Origin: Octopus vulgaris
Lineage: Eukaryota
Assembly: GCA_951406725.2 (NCBI GenBank)
Contig: OX597817.1
Coordinates: 85,622,001 to 85,686,000, forward strand
Reading direction: 5' to 3'
Length of the DNA: 64,000 nt
Numbering within the stretch: the stretch's first letter is position 1; the number at the start of each line of letters is the position of its first letter. This document shows, one piece after another, positions 52,530 to 64,000 of this stretch. Below the pieces are notes generated by a model. It was not told where the DNA came from and did no database searches. It worked only from the letters and a program-made list of their open reading frames with translations. The translations under genes and the position numbers were made by a program.

Positions 52530-53150
52530 ATGATGGCTGTCCACTTGTGACCAAGGAAGACCATCACTGACCACTGCCCATGCAAAATGACCATGCAATG
52601 ACCATGCACGAGGTTATTGCACCTGTAGTCGGCTTCAGCTGGGTTTGCATTTGAGACACTTGCACAACCTAAACTTTTAGGCCCAATAAGGCTTGCAGAA
52701 CACCTCACAGACTCTCTGCACCCTACTAACATGATCCAGAAAAAAGCCAGGGCAAGATATCCATTACCAATATGGGTCACAGGCTTAGGAATGTAGGCGT
52801 GCCATGATTTCAAGTGCAAACAAAAGGTACCCAAAATGTTCAATGCTACTCCCTGCATATCTGGTTGTATATATATATTCTCCTATAGAAATGCTTTAAC
52901 AAAAGCTGAGGAGTACCTCATTCCCAGTGGTCTTCCAGCATGCCAGACACAAACCCAGAATTTTTGAGGACCCTTGCTATTGCTAGTTAGTTATTAAATC
53001 TTCACTAGGTTCATCTGTCCTTTTGACAAGTCTTGTTTTTAGTCCTGTTCGGTTTCTAGCAACCCTCCTCACCAGGCAAGCCTAGTGGGGGTACCAGTTT
53101 TGTTATTGACAGCTCAATCATGCAACAGGTTGTACTGAAATCCATATTCC
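52530..53150 (-). mobile_element. Probable 5' UTR/5' end relic of an RTE LINE joined to a (GAT)n-type tail
   Basis: GC-richer leader (cccccactaggcttgcctggtgaggagggttgctag) of the type recalled for RTE 5' UTRs; weak support. Confidence 0.35.
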
Positions 53151-53668
53151 CAATTGTACTGAAATCCATATTCCCATACTTAAAGTAGATATATCATTGA
53201 AAGCCTAATTAACTGTGGTCTTCCTCCCAAGACAGTATCTCTTATAGAGTCACCTACCAAATATAATACTAGCTAAAACTACATACACTTCGCTTCAAAC
53301 CATATCAGTGGATGAACCTTAAATAAAGTTGCATAGACTAATAACCAGTCAAAAGTAAGAGGATACAAATGCAATTTCAAAATGTCTTTACAGCAGAAAC
53401 ATGTATCAGGCACATTTAAATCAAATATGTTGTACAAATGACTGTAGAAATAAAAAATATGCAGATGTACTAATCTCCGTATTCACTGTAATTGTCTTGG
53501 ATATATACACTTGGTAAAATATTTATAATCCTGCAAAATGAACTCAGAATTTACATTAGGATTGCTTATCCTTAAGAAATCCTAGATGCTCCTTACAGCT
53601 TGATACAGTTAGCCACAATCTGGATAATAATTGAGTACTCAAATGATACTCACCTAGATACTTTATCC

Positions 53669-53701
<33 letters not shown>

Positions 53702-53898
53702 AGTAGGTGAATGAATTATCCTAATATGGAAAATTCGGTTAACCGATACCTGGGTAGCAAATTCACATCAGAAAACACGGTTGAAGCTACATATCAAGGG
53801 TAGGAACACCGTGTTCTTGTGTGTAAATTTGTGTGTTTTTTTTAATATGAATAAATGAAAGAATGGAGTCAAACGAATATTTTAACAAAATTCCTTTA

Positions 53899-53981
53899 CT
53901 CTCGACACATGTTTCGAAGACTGCATACTCCTAATTCTGAAGGAATAAAAGGTGCATTATGCCGTCTTCTCCTCAGGAAAG
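53899..53981 (-). ncRNA. Type I hammerhead ribozyme, complete core
   Basis: Minus strand: CUUUC CUGAGGA GAAGACGGCAUA...UAUGCAGUCUUC GAAAC AUGU GUC GAGAG. Stem II 11 of 12 paired, stem I 5 bp (one G-U), GUC cleavage triplet. Confidence 0.9.
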
Positions 53982-54526
53982 ACAAGGAACCTCTATCAGT
54001 CTCAAGACGAACAAAAACTTTTTGATGACTGCCTACATTGTGTCCAGAGTGATAATGATTGTTTTTTTTAAAATAATCCGTTATAAGCAATGACGTCAAA
54101 ATTGGTTGGAAGGAGGAAGTACTAAAAGTAGGAAGGGAACCGAAAGTATGCTGTATTAATGGGGATGTGCGGGTATTTGCTTTTGTTAATGAGTGTGAGT
54201 GTTTATGTGTGTGTATGAGTGTGTGTATATGACTTCATTCGTGTCTATGTGTGTGTGTGTGTGTGTAATTGTGTGTGTGTGGGGGGACAATTGTCAAATA
54301 CCTCCAGTAGTGATGTGACAAATTTGTGTCTGTGTGTTTGATTGTGCGTATGATAGAGAGAGAGAGAAAGAGAGAGAAGGGGAGAGGGAAAGAGATAGAT
54401 ATAAACATACGTCAATGGTATATAGTATTAATGTTCCATGTAACGGGGTAGAAAAAAAGAATTTGTCTATGGTAGTGGTGTATACGTGAAACTAATTATT
54501 AAAACCAAAGAGTTTATCTATATTAT

Positions 54527-55700
54527 TTATGATTTATATGAGTGGTAAGTGTGTTTTTGCCAATGCTTGCACTTATACGATTTTTTTATAAGTGTGTTTA
54601 CCAAGGGAACCTTGGCGAAAAGTATATAGAAGAGTTCAGAATTACAAATGCCACAATATTTTCTGCCCTTATCAAAAGGAAAGGAAACAGACAATATGGA
54701 CCAATCCAACTTGAAAGTTATATTGTTGTCCTTAAGACACCAAACCAATTTACTTAGTCCTGTACTTTGTTGTTTTCTCCTATCATGGAAAGTTGAATAA
54801 TGGTTGGAAATTCTCTTGGACAATTTTGAAGTTGACACACCAATATAGAAGAATACATCGGTACCAGAAGAAATTTTACACTGGTAAATGGAATTTTTAA
54901 TTTTGGAATTACTGGACAAGAATTTTAATCTATTAGGGTTTTCCTCCGAGATCAAGACAGAGTTTTTATTGTTATGATTGCTGTTTATATTATTGCTAGC
55001 GTTAACCACTACACTATTTCTTTTATTATTATTATTATTAATTGTATTATGACCGGCAATATCCCTGACATTAGAAATGTTGTTGTTGTTACCATCAACA
55101 CTACCTTTGTTATTAACCCGACTAATGCTATTATTAATATTATCATTGCTAATACTAACGCTGCTACGAATGCTGCTACTATCAATACTATTTCTATTAC
55201 TATTATTGAATGTTTGGTTGGAGTTGATAAGAATAGTGTTGGAAAGCTCGGGTGAAGAATCTTTGTTTAGCAGCTTGTTATTATGGGAAGCAATAATTTG
55301 CGAAAGGTTTCTAGTGTTAGAGAATGCATTTATAATAGAATGATACCTGGGAAAGTTCCTAGCCATGGCTTCTTGGAACTGTAAGGGAAGGTTTGATTTG
55401 ATTTGTTTTCCGAAAGGTATAACAAACCAAATATAGTTTTTTGTGGACTTAGAATTGTTCCTATCGCTATTTGTGACAGTAAGGGGAAAATTTTTGTGCT
55501 GGAAATTTGGGGCTGGGTGTTTATTGCCTCCCTTGGTCCGTAAATGATTTCTCTTATGAACAGGGGTGCCGACGTTATTAGAACTCAAATCATTATTCTT
55601 ACTATTTCTATTGCTATTATTTTTCTTATCTTGAGAAGTAAATATTGGTTTAGAATGTGCTGGGTCGATGTATGATACTTTATCTCTATAACCGGCTTTT
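54527..55700 (-). CDS. C-terminal part of a Penelope ORF: thumb remnant, Asn-rich linker, GIY-YIG endonuclease (no RT core, no true start)
   Basis: IWF.IPF, NL.QIIASHN.K, SIYQC...YIG....SKR..NH..TF, LSK.VW.LK, WSIL, CGIC.SE, CKH. Confidence 0.85.
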
Positions 55701-56297
55701 GATTTTTTTTTTTTTTTTTGCTTAACAAGGGAAAATGTATGTTGAAGTTGTGATGAAAGATACTGAGTGTTTATTTATCATGAAATATATTTTTTCAACA
55801 GCATTTCTATCAAATAGAAAAGTAAATAGCTAATCATGAAATCTAAGATATTTACCATCTGATGCAATCCTGAATGGAATTTTTAGAAAATTTTATTATT
55901 TCTGTCAAAAAGTATTTCTAAAATTATATTTTTATTAAGAAAATTTTTTCAACAAAATATTTGGGTTTGATTTGTAAACCTCCACTAACAATGTAATACT
56001 TGTAGATTTATCTCAAGCCTTCATGAATTAAATATACATAATAAGCACTAAAACAGAAGTTTACCATTAGTAGGGGAGATATATCTGTGCCACACATCTC
56101 TGAAATATGACAACAAACTGTATATTGACAAATTAATAACAAATCTTGAGAGAAGTAAGTAGTGAAAAGTTTCACTCTGGAACAAAAATTATCATTCAAA
56201 CATTCTTGGTCAGGACAACTGACAAAATGTCAATTCCTCATTAAATACTCTTTGAGATTAACAAAGATTATCCATATTAAATAGATAAATTCCTTAA

Positions 56298-56508
56298 CCC
56301 TTTAACATTTAAACTGATCATATTTGACCAAAATATTTACCTGTTTTATGTTCAAACTGGCCTGATCCAGCCTCTCACACCTACCCTACAAAAATAAACA
56401 GTCACATAATTGAAATCTCAAGGCAACAAGATAATGCAGGATGAATTCAAAACAGTGTGAATAAATAAGCATTACATTTGACAGAGTAATCTGAATGCTA
56501 AAGTATTA
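56298..56508. mobile_element. piggyBac-type MITE, degenerate
   Basis: TTAA|CCCTTTAACATT...AATGCTAAAGTA|TTA. Confidence 0.5.
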
Positions 56509-58450
56509 GTTAATTGGATCAGTTAAAATTTCTTCCAGGTATGAGCAATGTTCTGTTTCAGCCCCATGACTTCACACCTCTAAACTTTTTAAAGTAAAAC
56601 ACTCATCTACTATCCCATTAGTGATTATGTTTAAAATAAATGGGTGTATATGCGGTTTTGTCAGATAAAATTCATTGTCATTTTAATTTCATAGTTGAAA
56701 TAACACTTTTCACTATGTTTTATCCCCACCCACATCAAACAATGTGTCCCTAACACAATTTCAATCCTCAATAAACTTTGATTTCCTTCATTTGTCTCAA
56801 ACTATTGGAAGACACATTTAATCCTCAAAATGAAGCAATCTTTCTAACCCTGACAACTATTGGTCCATCACCCACATTTCAAAACTAATATACATAGTCA
56901 TGAACTTCCTTTTATCTCTTTGAGTAGTTTTCCCTCCTTAACAACTATCAATATAGTTCTCATGGAGCCATATATACCAGATATTTGGTTTCCTAAATCT
57001 CTTGCTTTTGAGAATTTTAGCCCAAACAATCTTATTTTCCTTGACAACTGTTTATACTTCAACTATATCCAGTATAAGGATTTTCTAACAAAGTTGCTTT
57101 CCAATGGCATCTTATGCTGTCTCTCCATCTCTTGTATCTGAATTCTGGAAAGAATTCACTTTGTCCTACATTCTGTCAGCTCTGGTGTACCACCCTCATA
57201 TTTCTTTTGAAATATTACCGACCTTCCTGTTAAGACTTCCAACACCACACTGCACATCCCATTATACAATCCAGCCTAGACACTACATACAAGACTTTCA
57301 CTACCTCAATAAACATATCATATCTTCCAGTAGTTACTTTCAACAGAACTAAAATACATCAAAGAAACAATTCCACCACATTACCAACAACACAAGATAA
57401 GCCATTAAATTCTCTACAAATACTTGGTCTCATAATTTCAGATGATCTTTCATGGTGATCCCATTTCTATAACATTACTCTTCAAGACCAGAAAACACAG
57501 AAAAGACACTCGGAACAATTCTCCCCCCTCCCTCCCCCCCTCTCTCTCTCTTTCTCTCTCTCTTTCCAAGTACACATCATATGAGAGTATTGTTGCTGCT
57601 ACTCCACACACTAAAACATTCTGTACAATATGCAAAAGAGGCATCTGGCAATTTACTGGGGCCTCTAGACCAGTAGCCTTCAACAGGGCTCCATATGACC
57701 TTTGGGGGTCAACATGAGATTTTGCTGAAGTTTATGAGCAATAAATTGGTTATACTTCTCCAATGTACAAGACATCATCATCATCATCACCATCGTTTAG
57801 CGTCTGCTTTCCATGCTAGCATGGGTTGGACAAGACATTTAAAAAAATTTTTTTACAAAATTTCTAGTAATATTTAATTATAAAAATATTATTGAATTTT
57901 TTTGAATATTGAATGGCTATGAGGGCCCATTTGAGTAAAACAGGAATTACTACTCAAGATAGTCCTTCTACTAGCTAAAAATAGCAGCCAAATTTCCCTA
58001 AAAGCAAACTCAGCCATCTTTAGAAGAAAAATATTGCATTGAGTAATGTGGCCTTGGGTGCACTGTATCCATAAAAAGTTGGGTAGTCATGGCTGGATCA
58101 TCTTTGAACATGAGCCTGCCCTGGAGCTAGACAACAGTAACAAAGACTCACTTCAAGTATGAGACCATAGACACAATATTTCTTCACTCTGTCTCATCTA
58201 CTGTATCTGCTCTGAACTAACAGTATACATACTTCAGGATCATGCCAATCATGGTACATCCCTGGCATACCCAAATTGCTAGTTCTTATTCAGTTTGGAT
58301 AGACCGATGACAAAAGCTATAAAAATTAATTAGTAAATCCCAACAGTAAATGATTCCTAATCCATTTGAAAAATATTGATTTAAATCATTGTATAACTCA
58401 GTAACTAACGTAAAGTTTTTGATGTTAAACCATGTCTGTTGCTTTTAAAG

Positions 58451-58700
58451 GTATGTATGTATGTATGTATGTATGTATATATGTACGTGTGTGTACATGT
58501 ATGTGCGTATGCATATGTGCATACCTATACGCATGTATGTATGTATGTATGTATATATATATATGTATGTATGTACACATGTACTTATGTATGCATGTGC
58601 GTATTTAGGTAAGTGTGTAGACGTGCCTGTGTGTGTGTACATGTGTATGTACATATGAATGTGTGTTTATGTGCTGGTGTGTGTGTGTGTGTGTGTGCAT
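58451..58700. repeat. (TATG)n/(TG)n compound microsatellite
   Basis: Direct reading. Confidence 0.9.
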
Positions 58701-59686
58701 TTGTCCCTCTTACCACTATCTAATGGTGAATGGATATGTCTTAGATACATATATGCAAATATAACCTTACTTATACATATATACAAGCACACACAATCAT
58801 ATAGATACTTATACACACTCACAAATATACGTATAATCTTAAGGTATACACACATATACGCTTATCCATCTATACATATATATATGTCACTATTTTCATG
58901 GACAATGGTTAAAATTCAAATTGCTTTTTTTTGTCCTTTTCTTCCTTAGTCTTCCTCTTCTGAAAATGATGTAACACACATACACATTCATACATACACA
59001 CATTCCTTACACTGTGATGAGAATATAAAACTGAGTGAGAGGCAGAAAGCATTCTGCTTTTCTGGTACAATATTTAACACATTTAAAAGCACTAGACATG
59101 GTTTAACGTCAAAAATATTAGGTTATTTACTGAGTTATACAATTATTTTCTGGCTTTAAATCAATATATATATATATATATGTACACACACATATATACA
59201 CAAGAGTTATGGAATGAAGTAAATAAGATCCAGGCTACATATGTTTCATAGCAAGCAGGTCCTCAGAAGTAGTAAATATCCATGTGAGGTGTATACCACA
59301 GACTACTCTTCAGGCCAAGGATATCTTGATTAAATGAAAGTTTACATTGCCACAAGGAGGTGCATGTTAACGCAGTTTGCCTAGATATTTACCATTTCTG
59401 AGGTTCCGCTCACTATGAAATATATGCAGCCCAGATCTTATTTACTCCATTCTGTAACTCCCATATTCTTATTTGCATGCCCAGCAACCCCTGGTTGCCA
59501 ACTGTGGAATATAAAAAGAACTTTTTTCAGTTTATCGTACTTCAATATGAAAAATATTCATAACCTTCTGTCTCAATAAACCACTATTGTCCCTGAAAGT
59601 TGTTTTTATATATTTACTACAGATTGCTTGAAGCTAACTTTCTTCCTACACCTTGACCCCTGGATCTTACATTATATATATATATA

Positions 59687-60600
59687 TCAGGTCATCCCAT
59701 AAGTTCTGTCTGAATTTTGAATAAAGAAAACAAGTGATCAAATGTTATATTTAATTGAAATTTAATCATCAATGTATTATTTTTCCCTGATTATCTATGA
59801 CTTCCTTCCATCTATTTACAAGCTTTTTAATCCCATCAATGTAAAACTCCTTTGGTTTCAAAGCAAAGAACTCTGAAATGTCAGTTTCAACCTTCCCCTG
59901 GCTTGCGAAAGTTATGTCCCCCAAATGATTCTGTAAGCTACAAAAATGGTAGTCTGAAGGAGCAAGGTTGGGAGAATAAGGCAGATAAGGAATTTTTTCC
60001 CAACCAAGCTCTTCGATCTTCTGTGATATGATCTTTGCAGTGTGGAGTTGCGCATTGTCCTGATGAAACATCACTCCTTTTCAATTCTCTAAAGCAGGTC
60101 TTTTTTCTTCAAAGCTTGGTTCAAACGCTCTAATTGCTGACAGTAGACTTGAGCATTGATTGTTGCATTAGGTGGTAACAATTCAAAGTGAATTACTCCT
60201 TTGCAATACCACCAGATAGAGAGAACCTTTTTCCCATGAAGTTACCTTCTTGGTTGTGGTTGAGCTTTTTCCCTTTTACCAAGCCACTGTTTACAATATT
60301 TAACATTTCGATAGAAGATCTATTTTTCGTCACCAGTCACAAGTCTATCCAAAAAGGGTGAAATGAGTTTGTGAGAATGGAGAGAAGAGCAGATGTTAAC
60401 TTGGGATTTGTGGTTGCTTTGGGACAATTCATGAGGCACCGATTTTCCAAGTTTAGGAACCTTTCCAAATTGATGAAGATGACGATGAACAATTGTATGG
60501 TTTGAACTAAGATTTATTGCCAATTCTGCAACTGACAATGCAAGATTTTCTTCAGGTAATGCCTCAAGGAGCTTATCATCAAACTCAACTGGATGTCCTA
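59687..60600 (-). mobile_element. 5'-truncated mariner (DD34D) relic
   Basis: TIR TCAGGTCATCCCATAA after TA; VPHEL, VTGDEK, HQDNAQLH...YSPNLAPSDYH (34-residue spacing), RWKEVIDNQG. Confidence 0.9.
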
Positions 60601-61797
60601 TACTTACAGATTTTAACAATTACCATTGTAGTTCTGCTTTCTTCAGTTTGCCTAACTGGCAAAACAACAGACTTCACACCTACATTATGTTAGAGTTGTT
60701 TGTAGCAAGAAGAGCATCCAGTTATGAAAACATTATTCTGCCACAAATCATAGCATCTTTATTAGCATGGATAAATGATATAAAGTAGAAAAAATACATC
60801 AGAAAAAAGGTGGAGCATGCCTAATAACAAGTAATGAATTATTAATGATCTTTATCACAAAAAGAATCTTGCAAAGAGATGATTGGTGCTCAAAGACAAA
60901 TTTAAGATATTTATTTAATCTACATTTAGAAAGAGAGTGAAAGAAGATATTTTCAAAGTTTAGTTACCTGGAGAAAAAAAAACTGACTTTGTGTATTAAA
61001 AAGAAAAAACAAAACAGATGCCAATTACTAAAGAATACGGATATAGAGCAGTTAAAACCAACCAAAACAACTGTAGGTTGCTATAAAATACAGCCATGGA
61101 ATGGTTAAAAATAATTCAAGATTCTGATTGAACAAAGAGTATTAATCAAAGTTAAAATTTAGCCTCAAACTACAAGTGAACCTGATCTTATTATTCCAGA
61201 GTAACTGGCATATCATCTTCTCTTAAAATTAAATTTCCTTAGTCACTGGTTAATTCTTTACAAGTGGCTGCTTTTCCTAGATTACTTGCAAACAAACTTT
61301 CTAGCTTGTAAATAAATGGGAAAACCTTAAAATTTCACTTTGTTAACTACATCCTTATGCAGAATTAAGAGATAATTATATTGAAATGAGGAAGAAATCA
61401 ATACGCTGGAGAGAGAGAGAGAGAGAGAGGGAAAGAGAGAGAGAGTATGGCTACCACTTGTAGGCAGTTGAAATCGAGATTAAGAAAGAAACCTATATCT
61501 CATCTGGCTGAAAATAGAAATCTGAAAATACTAGAGGTCATATAAGAGTCAGTAACGTGTGGACAATGTTCTCTGTTATATATGTATTGTTTTCATTGGA
61601 CGATCATTGATGCAGGATTGGAGAAAGATGTACTTGTTGTTATCTTGCTAATAGAACTTAACCTTTTCTGAGGTCAAAGCAATTTTTTTTTTTTTTTTGT
61701 TCTTGAGAAACTATTTTGTGCGTTTTATAATATTCCAGTATATTAGGATATTGGATATTTTAAAAATCATTTCAAAGATATTGTATTTATTTTTCAG

Positions 61798-61863
61798 CTT
61801 ACTGTTCAAATATTAAGTCAATTACATTTTGTTTTCAAATTTTATTGGATGTATCAACTGCAG
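61798..61863 (+). CDS. Candidate host exon (possibly a first coding exon ending MYQLQ)
   Basis: ttttcag acceptor, CAG|gtatga donor; ends ATG TAT CAA CTG CAG in phase 0, compatible with the 62437 exon. Confidence 0.3.
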
Positions 61864-62436
61864 GTATGATGAACTTTTAACAGTAGTGCTTCAACATTGA
61901 AAATTGAAGAAGTGGATTCTTTTCTGTTATTACTTTTATGTATAAAAGGATCTACCTATCCATATGTTTATTGTTATAAAATGTTAAATAATTTCAATGA
62001 TTATATATGTTACATATGTTTGTTGTCAAACTATTACAGACTAGTGTAAAAACTGGCTTTACATGTTTTCCCTCATGTTTAAACTGTTTTCCATTTCCAA
62101 ATTGCGATCTTTATACATATGTTACTACATTTCAAACAAAAGTTTAAGCATCTTTTTCTGACTAAGACTAATAATACCATATACATTTCACACACTCACC
62201 ACACATACATATGCATGCACACATACACATGTACACATACTTGAAGATGTACAAATGAATCATTATAAAACTTAACTCTGTGTAGTATTTATGTCCATTA
62301 ATGTTTCCATTGCTCTTGTAACTTTATAAACTTTATTATAAGAAAGTTTGAAGTTTCAGTTTGTTCAACAAGATAACTTTTAACAAATTTTAACATTTGA
62401 TGTTTATTCTTTTTTATTTCATGGTTCATTTCACAG

Positions 62437-62553
62437 TATGAAAGTGATATGAGTTTAACATCATCAACACACCCTCCATCAGCCCTAAGACTAAATTCTT
62501 CAGAGGGGTCTCAGGGGAGCGATCTACTGGATGATATCACTAGCAGTTTACAG
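62437..62553 (+). CDS. Candidate internal host exon, 117 nt, phase 0-0: YESDMSLTSSTHPPSALRLNSSEGSQGSDLLDDITSSLQ; gene unidentified
   Basis: Pyrimidine-rich tract plus tttcacag acceptor, GC-richer than flanks, open frame, CAG|GCAAGA non-canonical donor. Confidence 0.55.
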
Positions 62554-62955
62554 GCAAGAAAATTTATTTTTTTACTTTTTTTGTAATTCTTGCAAACCCT
62601 ATTTACCCTCTCAAGTCTATTACTAGTCAAATGTTACTGCCATCAGCAACTCAGATTCTTATATTTTCTGCATGTGCTACAAAACATTGTATGTTATTGA
62701 TATTGACGTCGTTGTTAGCAGTATTACTGGTCTTGTTATTGATTGGGTTGTTGATATATAAACATATTAAAAATGTTCAAGAAACTTGTAAAGTGTGTTA
62801 AGACAAAGCTTTACTTACTTAAGAAAAGGATTTTATAAATTACAGAAAACTTTAAGTTAATCTTGACAGGATATTTTGTCAGAAGAAAGAGGGACAACGC
62901 TAAATACTGTGTTTAGTTGTGCTCTTTACTATTTGTCATTAACCAATCTGTTTAA

Positions 62956-64000
62956 TGTGATGTGAAGGAGGAAGAAGACAAAAGCAAAGAGAGAATTGCT
63001 GTAGTCTTACCTGTCAGTATGGAAAGAGTCACTCACAAAGTCCACATGTTCTGTTTCAATCTGGAAGGTTCACTCACAACATCTATGTGCTCCATCTGCC
63101 ACCGTACTGTCTAACATATCTGCTCTCATGTGCTGTCCACCACCAACTGACTGCTTGTGCCTCGCTGACCCTGCATGCCCACTACAGCCTTTCTGGTGGG
63201 ACCCACAAACCCCACTTCCGACAGGACATGCATACTCCCTCACTTCTGATCCTTCCCTACAAAACAGCCTGGCTCATAACACCACACATCCCTAATCTGA
63301 AGATCATTCAACCAGCCTGCCCACACCCTCTCTTCAACCCTGGCCACATGCTTTAACTTGTCTCATAATTAGCCAGCCAGTGAGGAGGGCACTGCTTCCT
63401 CTGCGACCACCATGGGACTTCAGGACTGACTTCAGTTCCTGGCATGTTGCTGCCAGCTTCATCCTCTTGTCCATTACTGTTGGTTCCATCCTCCATTGCA
63501 GTGATGATCCTGTGCACATCCAAAACATGACGTGGTATGCCATCTATGGACACATTGTTCTTCAAATTTACAAAGGTTATTGTCCCCTTTCTCCATTGTG
63601 ATGTGCACCACGTATTTGGGGATTTAACCCAGACTTCTTCCCTGACCTGTACAAAGGCATGCTCTTTCTCTTCTGCAGGTTGTGGCAATGCAGTGCATGG
63701 ATATCTCCACTCGTACTTGAATATTGCCTTCTGTGGCACTGACTCCTCAGCCTGTCCCAACCTTGGTGACATATTATACCAAAAAACAGCCTCGAATGGA
63801 TAAGATGTGTACCCTCTCTGCTATGGTCTTGATGGTGCGAGGATGCCTCTCCACAACCCCATTGCCACTTGGCCAGTATGCCGGCCTGAAGAAACAGAGA
63901 ACATGCCACGGAACATTTCCCCCAGCAGCTCCTAGTGAAATACATGGGGCCTCGTTCTAGGAATAACTCAGTATTCTTGTGATTTCTTCCATGGTCCCCA
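62956..64000 (-). mobile_element. Ty3/Gypsy LTR retrotransposon 3' end: degenerate integrase, PPT and putative 3' LTR (~62956-63325)
   Basis: PAYWPSGNGVVERH.RTIK integrase motif; VWVK.P...W.KG...V.IDG.PRH; SQR...PP.WL.NY; PPT GAAGAGAGGG directly before TGT at 63325; putative ACA end at 62956. Confidence 0.78.

Larger units (their letters stand above)
53702..55702 (-). mobile_element. Young 5'-truncated Neptune-like Penelope element (thumb, GIY-YIG, 3' pLTR with hammerhead); 3' end in (TA)n
   Basis: Uninterrupted frame from ~55700 (KAGYRDKVSY) to 54527; hammerhead at 53899-53981. Confidence 0.88.

Noticed and set aside
53050-53130. Possible HDV-like ribozyme in a putative RTE 5' leader
   Set aside because: The nested double pseudoknot could not be assigned by eye; needs a descriptor search
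59769-60619. Domesticated mariner (SETMAR-like) gene
   Set aside because: Frameshifts, stops and a retained TIR indicate an ordinary dead copy

Overview
AT-rich eukaryotic (animal) DNA with no prokaryotic gene organisation, operons, rRNA or CRISPR. The tRNA-derived SINE families, the dense (TA)n/(CA)n/(AAT)n/(CAT)n microsatellites and the LINE spectrum resemble octopus (coleoid cephalopod) genomes. This is inferred from recalled repeat sequences, not from a search. The window reads as a very long intron or intergenic tract filled with transposable elements. DNA transposons: a nearly intact IR/DR-type Tc1 (DD34E), mariner/maT/Tc1 relics, piggyBac-type MITEs and a two-ended micro-Helitron. Retroelements: L1/Tx1, RTE and R4/Dong-type (RLE) LINE relics, a Gypsy 3' end with LTR, and several Penelope-like element (PLE) pieces. 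Only one or two candidate host exons are visible (+ strand, about 61.8-62.55 kb, one with a GC donor). The most notable signal is a set of type I hammerhead ribozymes in (TA)n-embedded PLE units. Two have complete catalytic cores (26436-26525 and 53899-53981, minus strand) with unusually long structured stem II extensions and palindromic stem III loops. Others are minimal or degenerate. Also notable are an unexplained 40-bp hairpin whose transitions all give G-U pairs on the minus strand (17310-17410), a nested fold-back structure (27469-28334) and a 412-bp near-perfect tandem duplication. Boundaries of old repeats are approximate.
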